Positions 12,601 through 24,600 of a stretch of DNA of 64,000 nt are shown here, in pieces. Position 1 is the stretch's first letter. Each line of letters begins with the position of its first letter. A program made the translations under genes and the position numbers. Location of the stretch: assembly GCA_013239625.1 (NCBI GenBank), contig MU056756.1:682001-746000 (forward strand). Reading direction: 5' to 3'. Source of the stretch: Lama guanicoe (Eukaryota). Below the pieces are notes generated by a model. The model was not told where the DNA came from. It saw only the letters and a program-made list of their open reading frames with translations, and did no database searches.

Positions 12601-15600
12601 TTGTCTGCTTCAGGTTGCAGGACGTGTTTCTACCTGACACTCTAATTTTTTGGAGCATATTAACCCTTTGACATTCACATCTAATTACAATATGAAACTC
12701 AGCCACTTACTAGAAGTGAGAAGAGAAATTTGTTCTGTAATCTTCGATTTCAGCCTAACCCAGCAGAGTGATCCCAACAGGGCGGAGGATGCTGGAACTG
12801 GGGAGGCTGGATCCTCTCCTGTCGACTTGGGTGCTTCCTAACCAGCTCCAACTATGTTTCAAGCAACAAGGAAGGAATATATATTTCAGAAGGTTTTTGG
12901 GGCGGGGGCTGAATCATTAAGTACTCAGTTTACTCACAGGAGTAAAGCTGGCGAACACAGCTGAGAGATAAATCTCTTTAACAGAAAAATAAAAATTTCC
13001 AGAACATTTTCTAAATGCAGTTACCATCTCCTTAAGTTCACATTTGCCAAATAAATATGACAGGGGAATAATGCTAATTTAGTGCCCTGACAGAAATGGT
13101 GGGGAAAAAGCTTACATTTTCACTTAGCAACGTGACAGAGCTTTCCCGGCACGGCCAGATTCCTGAGAGCACTGACTCAGAGCCACGAGCCAGGCTTTTC
13201 TTTGGTCAGCCCCTTGCTCGGGAACCACATCTTACAACTGCCCAGCTTCGGGCATTAGAATACACCCGGAAGTGAATTTATGAAAGTTGTTTTAAAAAAA
13301 CACTTTACAGTGTCTCGCACTAAATGGGCTATAAGACACCTGGGAGGGGACGGAGCGAAACACGAGCCCAGGACATGAGACACAGGTGCTCCCGGCACTG
13401 CCTTCACCTGTTTCTTTTTAAAACAAAATATTTGCAAGTATAGTCTATTTAGTGTTTTTATGTGTAATACACACAAAACTCAGGTAGGCATAGAGGGTTT
13501 TAATGCCATATCAGATTTTAATTCCAGCTTATGCATTTTTTTTCCCTGAAAAAAAAATTTTAAAGTCACCTAGTGATTTGAAATTACAGCTGGTACAGTG
13601 TTCTGGTCCTTTAAATTCAACTGACTTTCTTTTTCTTTTAAAATTCTGCACAAGAGATCTTATTATCTGTGATATAAAAGCCCTTCTGTAAGCAAATACT
13701 GCATCCGCTCTCTAACTCCCCCCAAAGAGCAGTCCTGGAAAGAGCTCTCACGACCACGGGGACGCAAGGCACCCACACTGTGGGGCTTACGGCAGGGATG
13801 GCACGCAGCCGGCTGGGTGACTAGAAGGGATGGAGTCTTTACACTGAGCGCAGGGCCTGCTGAGTTAAACGTCGTTGCTCTCCTGGCTGCTTTAGTTCAA
13901 GGTTTTCCGAGTCGATTTTTCCTAACGCGATTCTGGGTCCAGAGTGGAAGCATTTAAGATGTGGGAAGTGCCTTTTTTTTTCTCTTGCCCTCTGCCTTTC
14001 TGCCTTTTCTTTCCAGACTGTGAGCTGTGGGTCCTGACCCCAAGGCCTGATGCTGTGCACATTTCCCAGTAGGAAGGCTGGGTGCCGGCCTGGGGGCCTG
14101 GCCACCCGTCCTCGACGCTTCTGTGTATGTCCAGGAATATGAAAGTCATTTTACCAGTAACAGGTGGTAACACTGGTTTATGTTACCTTACACTTTAGAA
14201 AATGAAGTGAAGTACGACCGTAACAACAACGAGGAGGAGGAGGGGGATCGGCTGGATTTCGACAATGGGGATGAGGTTCCAGACGCAGACGGACAAGCAC
14301 CTGGGGCCCCCCAGGCAGATGACGCGGGAGCCGCCGCCCCCACCCCCACCACCGCCACTGACACCGTCACCGCCACCGGCCCCGCCACTGACACCACCGT
14401 CACCGCCACTGACGCCGCCACCACCACTGACACCACTGTCACCGCTGCCACCGTCTCCACTGCGGGCTCAGGTCTGTCCTCGGGCTGCCCACCTGTGGCT
14501 TGGAACATCCCGGGGGAGGTAGTGTCGGGGGCCTGAGGTCTGTGCTGTTTCTATGATGCAGTGTGAACTGGAGTGGCTTAAGTTTGGTCGAGATCCTCTT
14601 ATTGGTCCTATTTTCCATGATTTTCAGTCTTGTCCGTCTACCTTCATATTTATACATTGGAGGGAACAGGCACTGCCGTGTGTGTGCATGATTACCACGG
14701 CTCCTTTCCGTCTTCAGGAGGTGAAAACGGGAGGCCGGGCGCAGACGCGGCCGCGCCGGCAGAACCTCCTAAACTCGTGGTCCCGCCGAGGGTCAACCCC
14801 TACTCTGTCATCGACATCACGCCCTTCCAAGAGGACCCGCCCCTGCCCGCAGACGCAGACGCCCAGGAGGAGCCCACGGGCTTGCATGTGCCCAGCGGCT
14901 ACTTGGTGCCGGTGCCCTGTGGCTACGCCGTCCCCTCCAACCTGCCCCTGCTCCTGCCCGCCTACTGCAGCCCTGTGGTCACGCCCGTCGACCCCACAGG
15001 TAGTGCTGCCCCGCCAGGCCCGGCCACACCGCGTGCTCCCGGATTCTCGGGCCTTGGCCACAGGAGCACTGCCAAGGGAAGGGTCACCGTTGTGGTGTCT
15101 TGATGCAGCATGTGTTGCTGGAGTGTGTTATATGTCACGTTACCCCTGTCTCCCCAAAACTCACTTGTTGAAACCCAACCTTCAAGGTGATGGTGTCAGG
15201 AGGTGAGGTCATGAGGATGGACTCCCTCCCTGCGTGGGTTTAGTGTCCTGGTGGAAGAGCCCCAGCCCCTCCTCCAGGTGAGGACACAGGGAGAAGACGC
15301 CGTCTGTGGACCCGGAGGGGCCTCACCAGACCCTGAGCCTTCCGGCACCTTGGTCCTGGACGTCGGCCCCCAGGCTGCCAGGGCCAGACGTCTGTTGTTC
15401 TCCAGCCGCCCGGGCTGTGGTATTTTGTTGGAGCCGCCAGGGCAGACTGAGCTGAGAGTGCAGGCTGGCTGAGGCCTGTGGGCAGCCACCTTCGCCCACT
15501 GCAGTCCTGGGACCGGGAGGGCAGCCGGACCTCACGCTGAGGCAGTCCTGACCGCTGGGAGTTACACCTGAGGACAGAGGCCCCTCAGCCGCACGGTCAC

Positions 15601-18600
15601 AGTTTGTGTGAAACCTCAGTAAAGGGGCTCTTCCCTTCCCAGCTAGAAACAATTGAGAAAAAAGAACTTTGTCAGATATCACCAACTTCAGTGCTTCTCC
15701 CCTGAGCATCATTTGAGGTTGTCATATAGCCGTGATAGCAGATAGATCACAGCTGTAAATGCCCATGAAAACTTAAGAAACAGGAGATAAGTGTGGTGTT
15801 TCTTTTTAATTCTGTCTTGATTTATTTGGGCACTGTTTTATCTCTGTTTGGTTAGATCTTGGGACGCCACTCTTCCTTGTAATCCTATTTGAATATGGTT
15901 TATCTAAAAGCTAAAGACCTTGAATCTACCAGTCGACCATCTTTACAGTAAGATAAGCCTCCCGTTGATAAGGAAAACTTGAAACCGTTTTAAGGATAAA
16001 AGGCAGCTTCCTGAACACCCCTTTCAGGTGTAAATCAACAGGAACTTTCTTTGCTGAACTTTCTCTCTTTCCCGGCAGAGACACAGGAAGCAGCGGAAGA
16101 CAACCAGTTTAACTCCTTAGGTTCTGAGGATCCAGCAAACAGGTACCTTCACTGACTTTATGCAGATGTTTTGAGCCCCTGACCTTTTCCTCAGACGTTG
16201 AGTCAGGGATTCTGAGGGGCCCCCGCCCTCCCTCAGCCTCCGACTGCCGGGCCCCTCCCCGCCCCCAGCCTTGTGTCCTCCAGCCCACTGCCCTCTCGCC
16301 GGGGACCCCTGGTTGGGTCACCCTGAGCACCAGGACTCCTAAGACGTTAACATTACTCTTTGTGGATAAAGAGAACCTGTGAGTCCACGCCTGGTGGAGC
16401 TGGTTGATGCGACCCCCGTCTCCCCATTGCAGGTGCTCAGTCTGCTTAACGTGGTGATGGCTCTCAGTCTTGTCGGGGAGAAGGGGTTTTTAATTTTCTC
16501 TAGCCCGCCTTTCGTCTAGAATCCTTGAAACTGGTTTGATTGTAGGCCTTTCTTTCATGCTGCTTGCCTTCACAAGTGCTATTTCCACTGCTTGAAGTGC
16601 CCAGGAAAATCCCCTCCCCCCAGGCAGACTCCTACTTACCCTGCAAAACCCAGCTTAAATGTCTCCTCTCATAAAATTTCCTGCTCCGTGCTTCTAAAGC
16701 AGTGCACACACCTTGTTATAATTAACTGCTTTTTGCTCTCACTGTTGTCTCCTGTGTCCCTTTCTGCTACTAGACTGTGAATTCTTCAAAGACAAAGACC
16801 AGGTTTTACCAAGTCTTAGAACATCTACCACCTAGCCTGGCAGTGTTCTTGGTGCAGGGTAGGTGCATTTGTTTTTGTTTTTAAGCAGCCGTTTTGAGTC
16901 ATAATTCACACACCACACTACGTTTCACCCATTTAAAGTGTACCACCCTGTGGTTTTTGGTATATTGCATTGTTCATTGTTAAACAGTGGTTTAAAAATA
17001 TACCATACAATTTGCCACAACCATTTTTAACTGTAGAATTCAGTGACCTCAAATACATTTACGTGTTGTATAACCATCACCACCGTCTCCTTTGGAAACT
17101 TTCTCATCATCCTGAACAAAACCCTCCCCACAGTCCAGTAACCCACCGCCAACGCTGCCCACTCTGACCTCTGCTCCGCCTCTGTCTCTGAATTTGCCTG
17201 GTCGAGGGGCCTCCTGCGCCAGAGTCACAGCGTGCTTGCCCTTCATGTCTGGCTTGTTTCATTTGCATCCGTGTTGTAGCACGTGCTGGGTCTCCTTCCT
17301 TTTTAAGGCTCGATGAAACTCTGCTCTAAGTACAGACCACGTTGTGTGTGCCAGCTCATCTGTCGATGGACTCGTGGGTCATTTCCACCTTTAGGCCCCT
17401 GTGGGTGATGCTGCTGTGAGCATTGGTGTGCAGGTATCTCAGCTCCCTTGGCTGCATCTGGGAGTAGAATTGCTGGGTCACAGGTCAATCCTGTGTGTAA
17501 CTTTTTGAGCATCAGCCAGAGTGTTTCTCGGAGGCTGCACGATTTTCCGCTCCCACCAGCTGTGGACGGGTTCCAGTTCCCCTGTGAGCTCACCACACTT
17601 ACTTTCCGCCTTGGAAACCCTTGGCCTCCAGTGTGCGTGAGGTGCTCTGTGGTTTTGATTTGCATCCCCTTGCTGACTGAAGGTGGTGAACGCCTGTCTT
17701 TTCACGTGCTTCTCGGCCGCTTGAGTGTCTTTCTGGGAGAAACGTTACTCAGATCCCTTAGCCCGTTTCTGAACTGGAGTTTATGGTTGTTGTTGGGTTG
17801 TAGGCGTTCTTTATATAGTCTTGGTGTTAACCCCTCATCAGACACGCGGTTCTGGAACATTTCCTGCCGTTCTGTGGGTTGTCTTCACTCTCTTGATAGT
17901 GTCCTTGGATGCACGAAAATTCCTAGTTTTGCTCAAGTTCAGTTTTATCTGTGTTTCCATGTTGTCGCCTGTGCCTCTGGTGTCGTATCCAGGAAGTCAT
18001 TGACAAACCTCGTGTCCCGAAGCTTTTCTGCTGGTCTTTCTTCTAGGCGCTCACAGCTGTAGCTCTTAAGGCGGGGGACCGTGATCCGTAGTTCTGTTCA
18101 CGTCCTGTTTGCACGTTGAGCTCCGGCCTGGTTCTGTCCGCGGCTGCGAGTGCTGCGCCGGCGGCTCCGTGACGGCCGCGAAGCCGCCTGCCTGCCCGGT
18201 TTTGCTTCGTGTGTTTTGGGGCCCCTTTGATGGTCACGTGCACGTTGATAACTGTCACGTCTTCCTGCTGCGTTGAACCTTTCACGAGTGTCACGTCCTC
18301 CGCTGTCTTCTGTAACCTGTTTTGGTTTGGGGTCTCCCTCGTCTGATTAGGTGGTACCGGGTCTCGGTGTGGTGGTGTGTGTGGCGCAGGGGAGTGTGCT
18401 TATTGTCGCTCGCCGTTTGCCGGCGTTTCCTGAGTGCCTGTCGTGCGCTCGGCGCCAGAGTGAAAGCAGCAGGGACAGGGTTCTCGCGGTGTCGGCGGGC
18501 AGGGGATGCTCGTTGGTAATCGCGGGAGTGAGTGGCTAGTCCCACGCAGCGGTCACTGTCCTGCGAGGTGGGAGTGTGGCCTCACGAGCGCCGGTAGCAG

Positions 18601-21600
18601 CAGGGCTGCCCTGGGCTGCAGGATTAGGTCGCGTCACGGCTTCTGAGTAAGCAGGGGTCGAGGCCTTTTCCTGGAGCACAGATCCAGCCCGTTACCCTCT
18701 TTGCTTTCACCCTCCTCGGCCGAGTCCGCCGCTCCCACGGCCCCTCCCAGCAGCCCCCCCATGCTTCTCTCTCTGCCGAGACGGGCACCTCCCTGACGGC
18801 CACCTCCTCCCAGGGGGAGGTGATCTGCGCTCCACCCACGGTGTGGGGTGGGGGGCACCTGCTGGCTCCCCCGCATGCAGTGTGGCTGAGGGCTCCTGGG
18901 CTGCCTGTGTCCCCAGCACCACACACGTGGCTGCCAGGTGACCGCGACCACTGATCAGGCTCGGGCGTCCGAGGTATGCAGCCGTGAGGCCCCCGCCCTG
19001 TCTTGTTCTTACACCCACTTTGCCGGCCTTTTCACGGCACGAAGTGCACCTCGTGTGAGCGCCGAGGAGGAGCAGCTTGACCGGCGTCTTCTCCCTGGTT
19101 CCCACACAGAATTATCGCGCAAACTAGACCTGCCTCTTTTGGAGATTCCAGTTCTGTACGTAATTAAAGATGAGTAGATGGAACGTTGTCGCTGGTAATC
19201 TAAAGTTTATTGTGAAAAATATACCCATTGAAATGGTGATGTTTTTTTAGAAGAGAAAATATAAAATGAAGTGACACTGGTAACCCTCAAGCGACTTGCA
19301 AAAGTGGGAAACTTTTTAAACACATGGGAGCATTGAGGAATAATTTAAAAGACCATTCACGTTTGATTCAGATTTTCTCGTTTTTGGATAACTTTATTTT
19401 GATGTAGTTCCCCACTTGAAAAGTGCAGGAACGCTCCTTTCTCAATGTGGTAAAGCTCGGGCTAAGCTCGGGGAGCGTCTGCCCCCAGGCGCCCTCTGGC
19501 CCTCGGCTCTTGCCTCTCACCCCGAGCTCTTACAGGCATTTCGCTGCTTTTTAGAACTTCCAGCAAAAACAGTAAAGCTGCAGACAGTGGCAGCTCTGTC
19601 CCTCACCCCGGAGGTATCGCCTTGTAGTCACGAAACTCGCCGTTAGTGACTTTCCCACGTGCAGGGTTCTCAGAGCTTCTGTGTTTGTCTCCGGGTGGTG
19701 CCCTGGCCCAGTCCCTCCTCCTCCCCATCCCGCTTTCCCGCCAAGCGCCCCCGGGCCTGCACGCTCGCCAGGTCCGCACCATGCTGCCTGCATGTCCGCA
19801 GCATCGTGCTGCTCACAGGCGCCGTGTGGCTGGTGGTCCTACTGTCTCTTCACTCTTCCCCACAAATCACCCCAGCAGCCTCCCTCCCAGGTCCCAACAG
19901 TGCGCGGTCCTGTGCCACGGCCCCGAGGCCCTCGCGGGTGAGCATTTATTCATGGCGGCCTGTGTCTCCCCTGCTGACCCGCCACTGCGCCTTGGGGCCC
20001 GGCTCTCCCTCGGGTGTCTCCGTCCACAGCCCGGTGTTGCGTGGGGCACCGCGGACCCGCCCCGAGGTCGTGGGAAGCAGGAGGGTCCAGCCTCTTGGAG
20101 CAGGGACTGCATTTCTGCCGGTCCTGCAGTGCATGTGCCCACTTGTGAACAGTCATGACCTCGAACTCGCGCTCCCGTGAGGCCCCCGGAGGGTGCCTGA
20201 GCCGGGTGCAGTGGGCTGGGGGCCTCGATGACGCTGGGGGAGTCTCAGTGTCTGACACTTGTTTGCTGTGTTTCCTTGAAGCGGAGATCCGGCCCACAGG
20301 GAGGAGAGCGCGCTCGCCCGCTGGGTTGCAGACCCAGACAACACAGCCTGGATGGAGAGTGAGTACCCGGGCCAGCGTGTGCCGGGCTCTGCGGTGATTC
20401 TCTGCCGCACATCAGGGCCGAGACCTGCGGGCTGCGCCGTTTGCCTGCCGGACTGAGCGTGCCTGTGAGGGTGCCCCCGGGCCCCGCGGAGCCCCCGGCT
20501 CGTCTCCGGACGTGCCCCTCCCTGACGGCTTCCTCTGGCCCAGGTGCCGGGGCCCGTCAGACATGCGGAGGCTGGGGCAGTAGCAGCTCGCCTCCCCGGG
20601 GCCCCCAGTGAGGCGCTTTCTCGTGGTGCCACGTTGCGGGGTGGGGGGCGTTAAACCAGCCGACCGACCAGATGGCTCAGCCGGCCTGCTGCACGTGTGG
20701 TTTAGAGAGCAGAACTATTTTTAGCTAGGTTTGTTTGTTTTTAAAAAAAAATACTGCTTTTTAAATTACCCCCTTCATTATCCACTGGCTCACTGATTCC
20801 TGTGAGGTTGTTTTGAATGATTGGCTTACAAGGTGGAACCGCCCTCACTGTCTGCTAATTATTAAACTCTCTCCTGGAACGTTTCCTTCTGGCTTTAATT
20901 GTGACATCGTCAGAATGAAGAACTTAGCATCAGTGACGCCTGCTGGGGGCCGTTGGCCCTGGATCGTTGCAGGGTTAAAGCTCCCTCCCACCGGCCCCTC
21001 CAGGTTTATTTCCCGAGTGGAATCTGCCAGCTTTCGCCCGTGACTCGGCCTTGCTCTCGGGGTGGCTTACTGGAAGGTGCCCCCTGTGCACCAGCAGCCC
21101 CTCACGTGCTCACGGGAGCAGGGACGCTTCCTGGGGTGCAGTTAACACACATTATTGCAGGACGGCGTCTGTGACACGGGAGCTTGGCAGCAGCAGAGTT
21201 AGGCTGCTCACCCGGGGAGCGTGGGGACAGGGACGGTGTCTCCACTTCCGGGGAGAGGGAGGCTGTGTGAGCCTCGTTCTGTCTCGTGTTGCTTTGTCAC
21301 CGGTTCCCTCTGTGGTTTCAGGGTGGGGGGCCTGTGGTTGGGTTGGTTTCCCTGTGAAGCCCGGGGAAAGTGTCTAAATGAATCACAAACCCTGCTGCTC
21401 TCCCGCGGGACCGTCTAATGCAGGCACACGGAGCACCCACCCAGGGAGGAGCCCTACTTTTTTTTTTTTTTAAAAAAAGAAAACACATTACAGTTTCCTT
21501 GGACACTAATGTCCCGCATAATAGAGTTTGAGAGATTTTGTCCTAAAAGTTCAACGTTTTTCTGCTCGCGCGTGGCTGCCTCTCATCCACGTTGTGCGGC

Positions 21601-24600
21601 TGGGCACCCGTGTCCCCTCTCAGCCAGACGTGATGTCCCTGGTTAATCCCCGGGCCAGAGCTTGTCCGGTGAGGACTGGTGGTCACGGAGGGCGCTTTGC
21701 GGGGAGAGGGGAGGTGAGGCGGCCCCGGGGACAGAGGAGGCGACCTGCTGTTGGGATGTGCGCGGAGGGGCCAGGGTGGGGCGGGCTGGCTGGCTGGCTG
21801 TGCTCTCGGACTTGACTGCGGAAATCGTTCCCCATAAGGAAGAGGATAAACATGTTATTCACGTGGGATCACCGATAGCAAACTGGGGAGAGAAACCAAC
21901 GCGAGGGGAGGCCTTTGGTCTGTTTCCACGGGCGGCTGTGAAGCCGTCCCTCTTTTTCGGGCACGCCACCTTTGCATTGTTTGTGTGCGTTCACTTCACT
22001 GGCTTAACAATGTTTATAAAGAGCCATGTGGGGATTTGTGGTTGAACGCGAAACAGTGAAAGAGCTTGGCCTGGAAAGCGGGAAACTCCCTGCTGGTGAC
22101 GTTTCACAAGTGCTCCGCTCACAGTGCGGAGCTTCCGTCCCAAGAAAAAGTTCTGCCCTAAAAATCTTTCTTCCCCTCTGGTGGGCACCGCCAGCCACCA
22201 GCCACCCTTACAGACTGACTTCCTGACCAGCGCCGTGCCGCGTGGCCATGGGCCCGTCTGACGCGGGGCTCGGCCAGTGCTTGAAGTCTCCTTCCTTTCG
22301 TTCCAGATCCGGAAGAAGCCATCTACGATGACGTGCCCAGAGAAAACTCAGACTCGGAGCCAGGTTTGCTTTTGTCCAGATCTGAGTCTTACGAGACTCG
22401 GTTCGGCAGCCTTTCCCTCTGGGTGTGGACGTGCGCGCGTCTGCGCCCGGCGCCCGCGTGTCGTGCAGGCACGTCTCGTGCGTGTGCAGTGTCTCGTGAC
22501 TAGACTCCTCTGGAGTTAAAGGCGCGAGTTTTTGGACTGTAGGAGCAGGAATTCACAGCAGGCTGAGGTGCCCGTCGGCGCCGAGGCTCGGGCAGTTCGG
22601 ACGGCCGGGCACAGCCCACGTGGACATCTCAGGAGGAACAGGGGAGAGCGTGGTCAGCGCGGTTCGAAGGGACAGCCGACTTCTCGACGGAGCAGGGCCA
22701 CGTGCTGAGGGGGACAGTGCCCCGGCCTAGACTCCCGCACGCAGCTGAAGTGCTGTCCTTCACGGAGAGGGAGTCAGGGGCAGCGACAGATGGGCTGGAG
22801 AGACTGACCTCTCCCTGGCCGTGTTCCATGGGGAAGGACGCTGAGCATGGTGATCAGGCGAGAGCGGTGAGCAGGGACACCGCGCCCTCTGGCCCAGCCT
22901 GCATGGAGCCCTTTCGCCCCAGAGGTGTGAAGCTAAGCACCCCGAGAGACGTGTTAGCAGTCACATCCCATAATGTCCCAGCAGACAAGCCGAGGCCCAC
23001 CCTCACCCCCGAGACCGTCTGTGGGGTCCAGGGCTCCTTAAACGTTGGCTGGGTCGCAGCTGTCGTTTCTGGCAGGACCAGGCCTTAGTCTGCACGTGCC
23101 TGGAAGGCCCGTGGCAGGGTTCGGTGGCCTTCCACGTTGGAAGCCCCTGGCAGAAGGAAGCTTCCTCAGCGGTTGGAGCGCACGTCCCTAAGATCCACAG
23201 GTGACCCACACGGCTTCCTTGAGTCCTTCCACGAGTGCTCTGGATGCTGCCACGAGCCCAGCGCTGTTCCAGCCTCAGCTGGCGAGTCCTCCCCTCGAGG
23301 GCCTCCCGTGGGGACCAGCCCGTGCGTCTGGGTCTCTTTACAGACAAACCTCCGAGGTCCTTAGATGAGGACGCTCCTGGAGGACATTTAAATACATGTT
23401 GCGTGTAAGGTGGGGCCCCGGGCTGGTCTGCATGACCAGGCCTGAGGAGCGTGTTCCAGCAATTCATCCTCCCAGGTCGGCCTTTCCCGGCACAGAAGGG
23501 GAGGTCTGGGGTCTCAGAACCAGACGCCACCGGGAGTGGTGCCCCTGCCACAGGTGAGGGCTGCTCTGGGGAGACGCAGCATGTCCCCTGCGCGGGCAGG
23601 GCCTTCGTCACAGTGTTTGGTGACAGAAACAGGAGTGCTCGTCACTGACCCTAGAGGACCGAGGTGACCGCACGTCTGAACACAGTCGCAGGCTGTAAGC
23701 GCATTAGGCTCTTTTTAGCACAGAAGAGAATTCCCGGGCATCTGCCACGAGCTTCTCATATTCAGACTTCACCGTCTGTCCCTCTGTCCGTCTGTCTGTC
23801 CTGTTTATGTTCCATACGTTTGTCTAACTCTTCCCTCGTTGGAAGTTCCCTGTGTGCGGGAGTTTGGTGGCGCTGTGGTGGGTTCTCATGGACCGGGGGT
23901 CCTCGGGCTCCGTCGGGCCCGTGGCCCCACTCCCACGGCTCCTGCGGTGCAGGGACGGGCGTGCGCGAGGTGAGAGCTGCAGGGCTGCCTTCTCAGCGGC
24001 ATCTTGGCGTTTGTGCCCCCAGACGAGATGATTTACGATGACGTGGAGGACGGAGCCGAGGGCGGGGACAGCTCCCTGGAGTGCGGCTGGAGCTCCAGCG
24101 AGTTCGAGAGCTACGGGGAGCAGAGCGACTGCGAGAGCAGAGACGGGCCACCCCGCCCCTTCCTGCGCGGTGGCCACAGGAAGCAGGTGCGTGCGCCGCG
24201 TGCGTGCCCCGGTCTGGCGCTCCAGGAAGCGTGGCTTTGGCCCACGGGGTGTTGAGCTGCGTTTAAGAGGGTGTACGTGGTCTGAGGGGAGCGCGGGACA
24301 CTGGCAGAGGAGAAGACGCTTCTCTTTCATACAGTGTAAGCCTGGCAGGACGGGAGAGCTAAGTTTTACAAACCAAGTTACTCAAGGTCCTAAGCGCTCG
24401 CCGTCTTGAATAACCTAAGGCAGTGGCCGTCCCTGAGGGTCTGTCTCGTGCACACAGGACACCCTGGCCCTGCACGCCATGTGCATGGGCCCCACTGCGT
24501 TAGCGGGTGCTTTGAACCTCAGCCTTCACACAAATAGGAAGATAGAAAATAGAATATGTCACAAAAGGATGTTTTAGGACAAAAGCTGCCGGGCTGTCCC

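Noticed and set aside
12853-13490. Alternative coding first exons in intron 2 (ATG...AAG|GTTTTT near 12892; ATG...CAG|GTAGGC near 13482)
   Set aside because: Both would splice in phase 0, whereas exon 3 needs phase 1; there is no other support.
14472-14536. Longer exon 3 using the GAG|GTAGTG donor at 14519
   Set aside because: That donor is phase 0 and would frameshift against the phase-1 start of exon 4.
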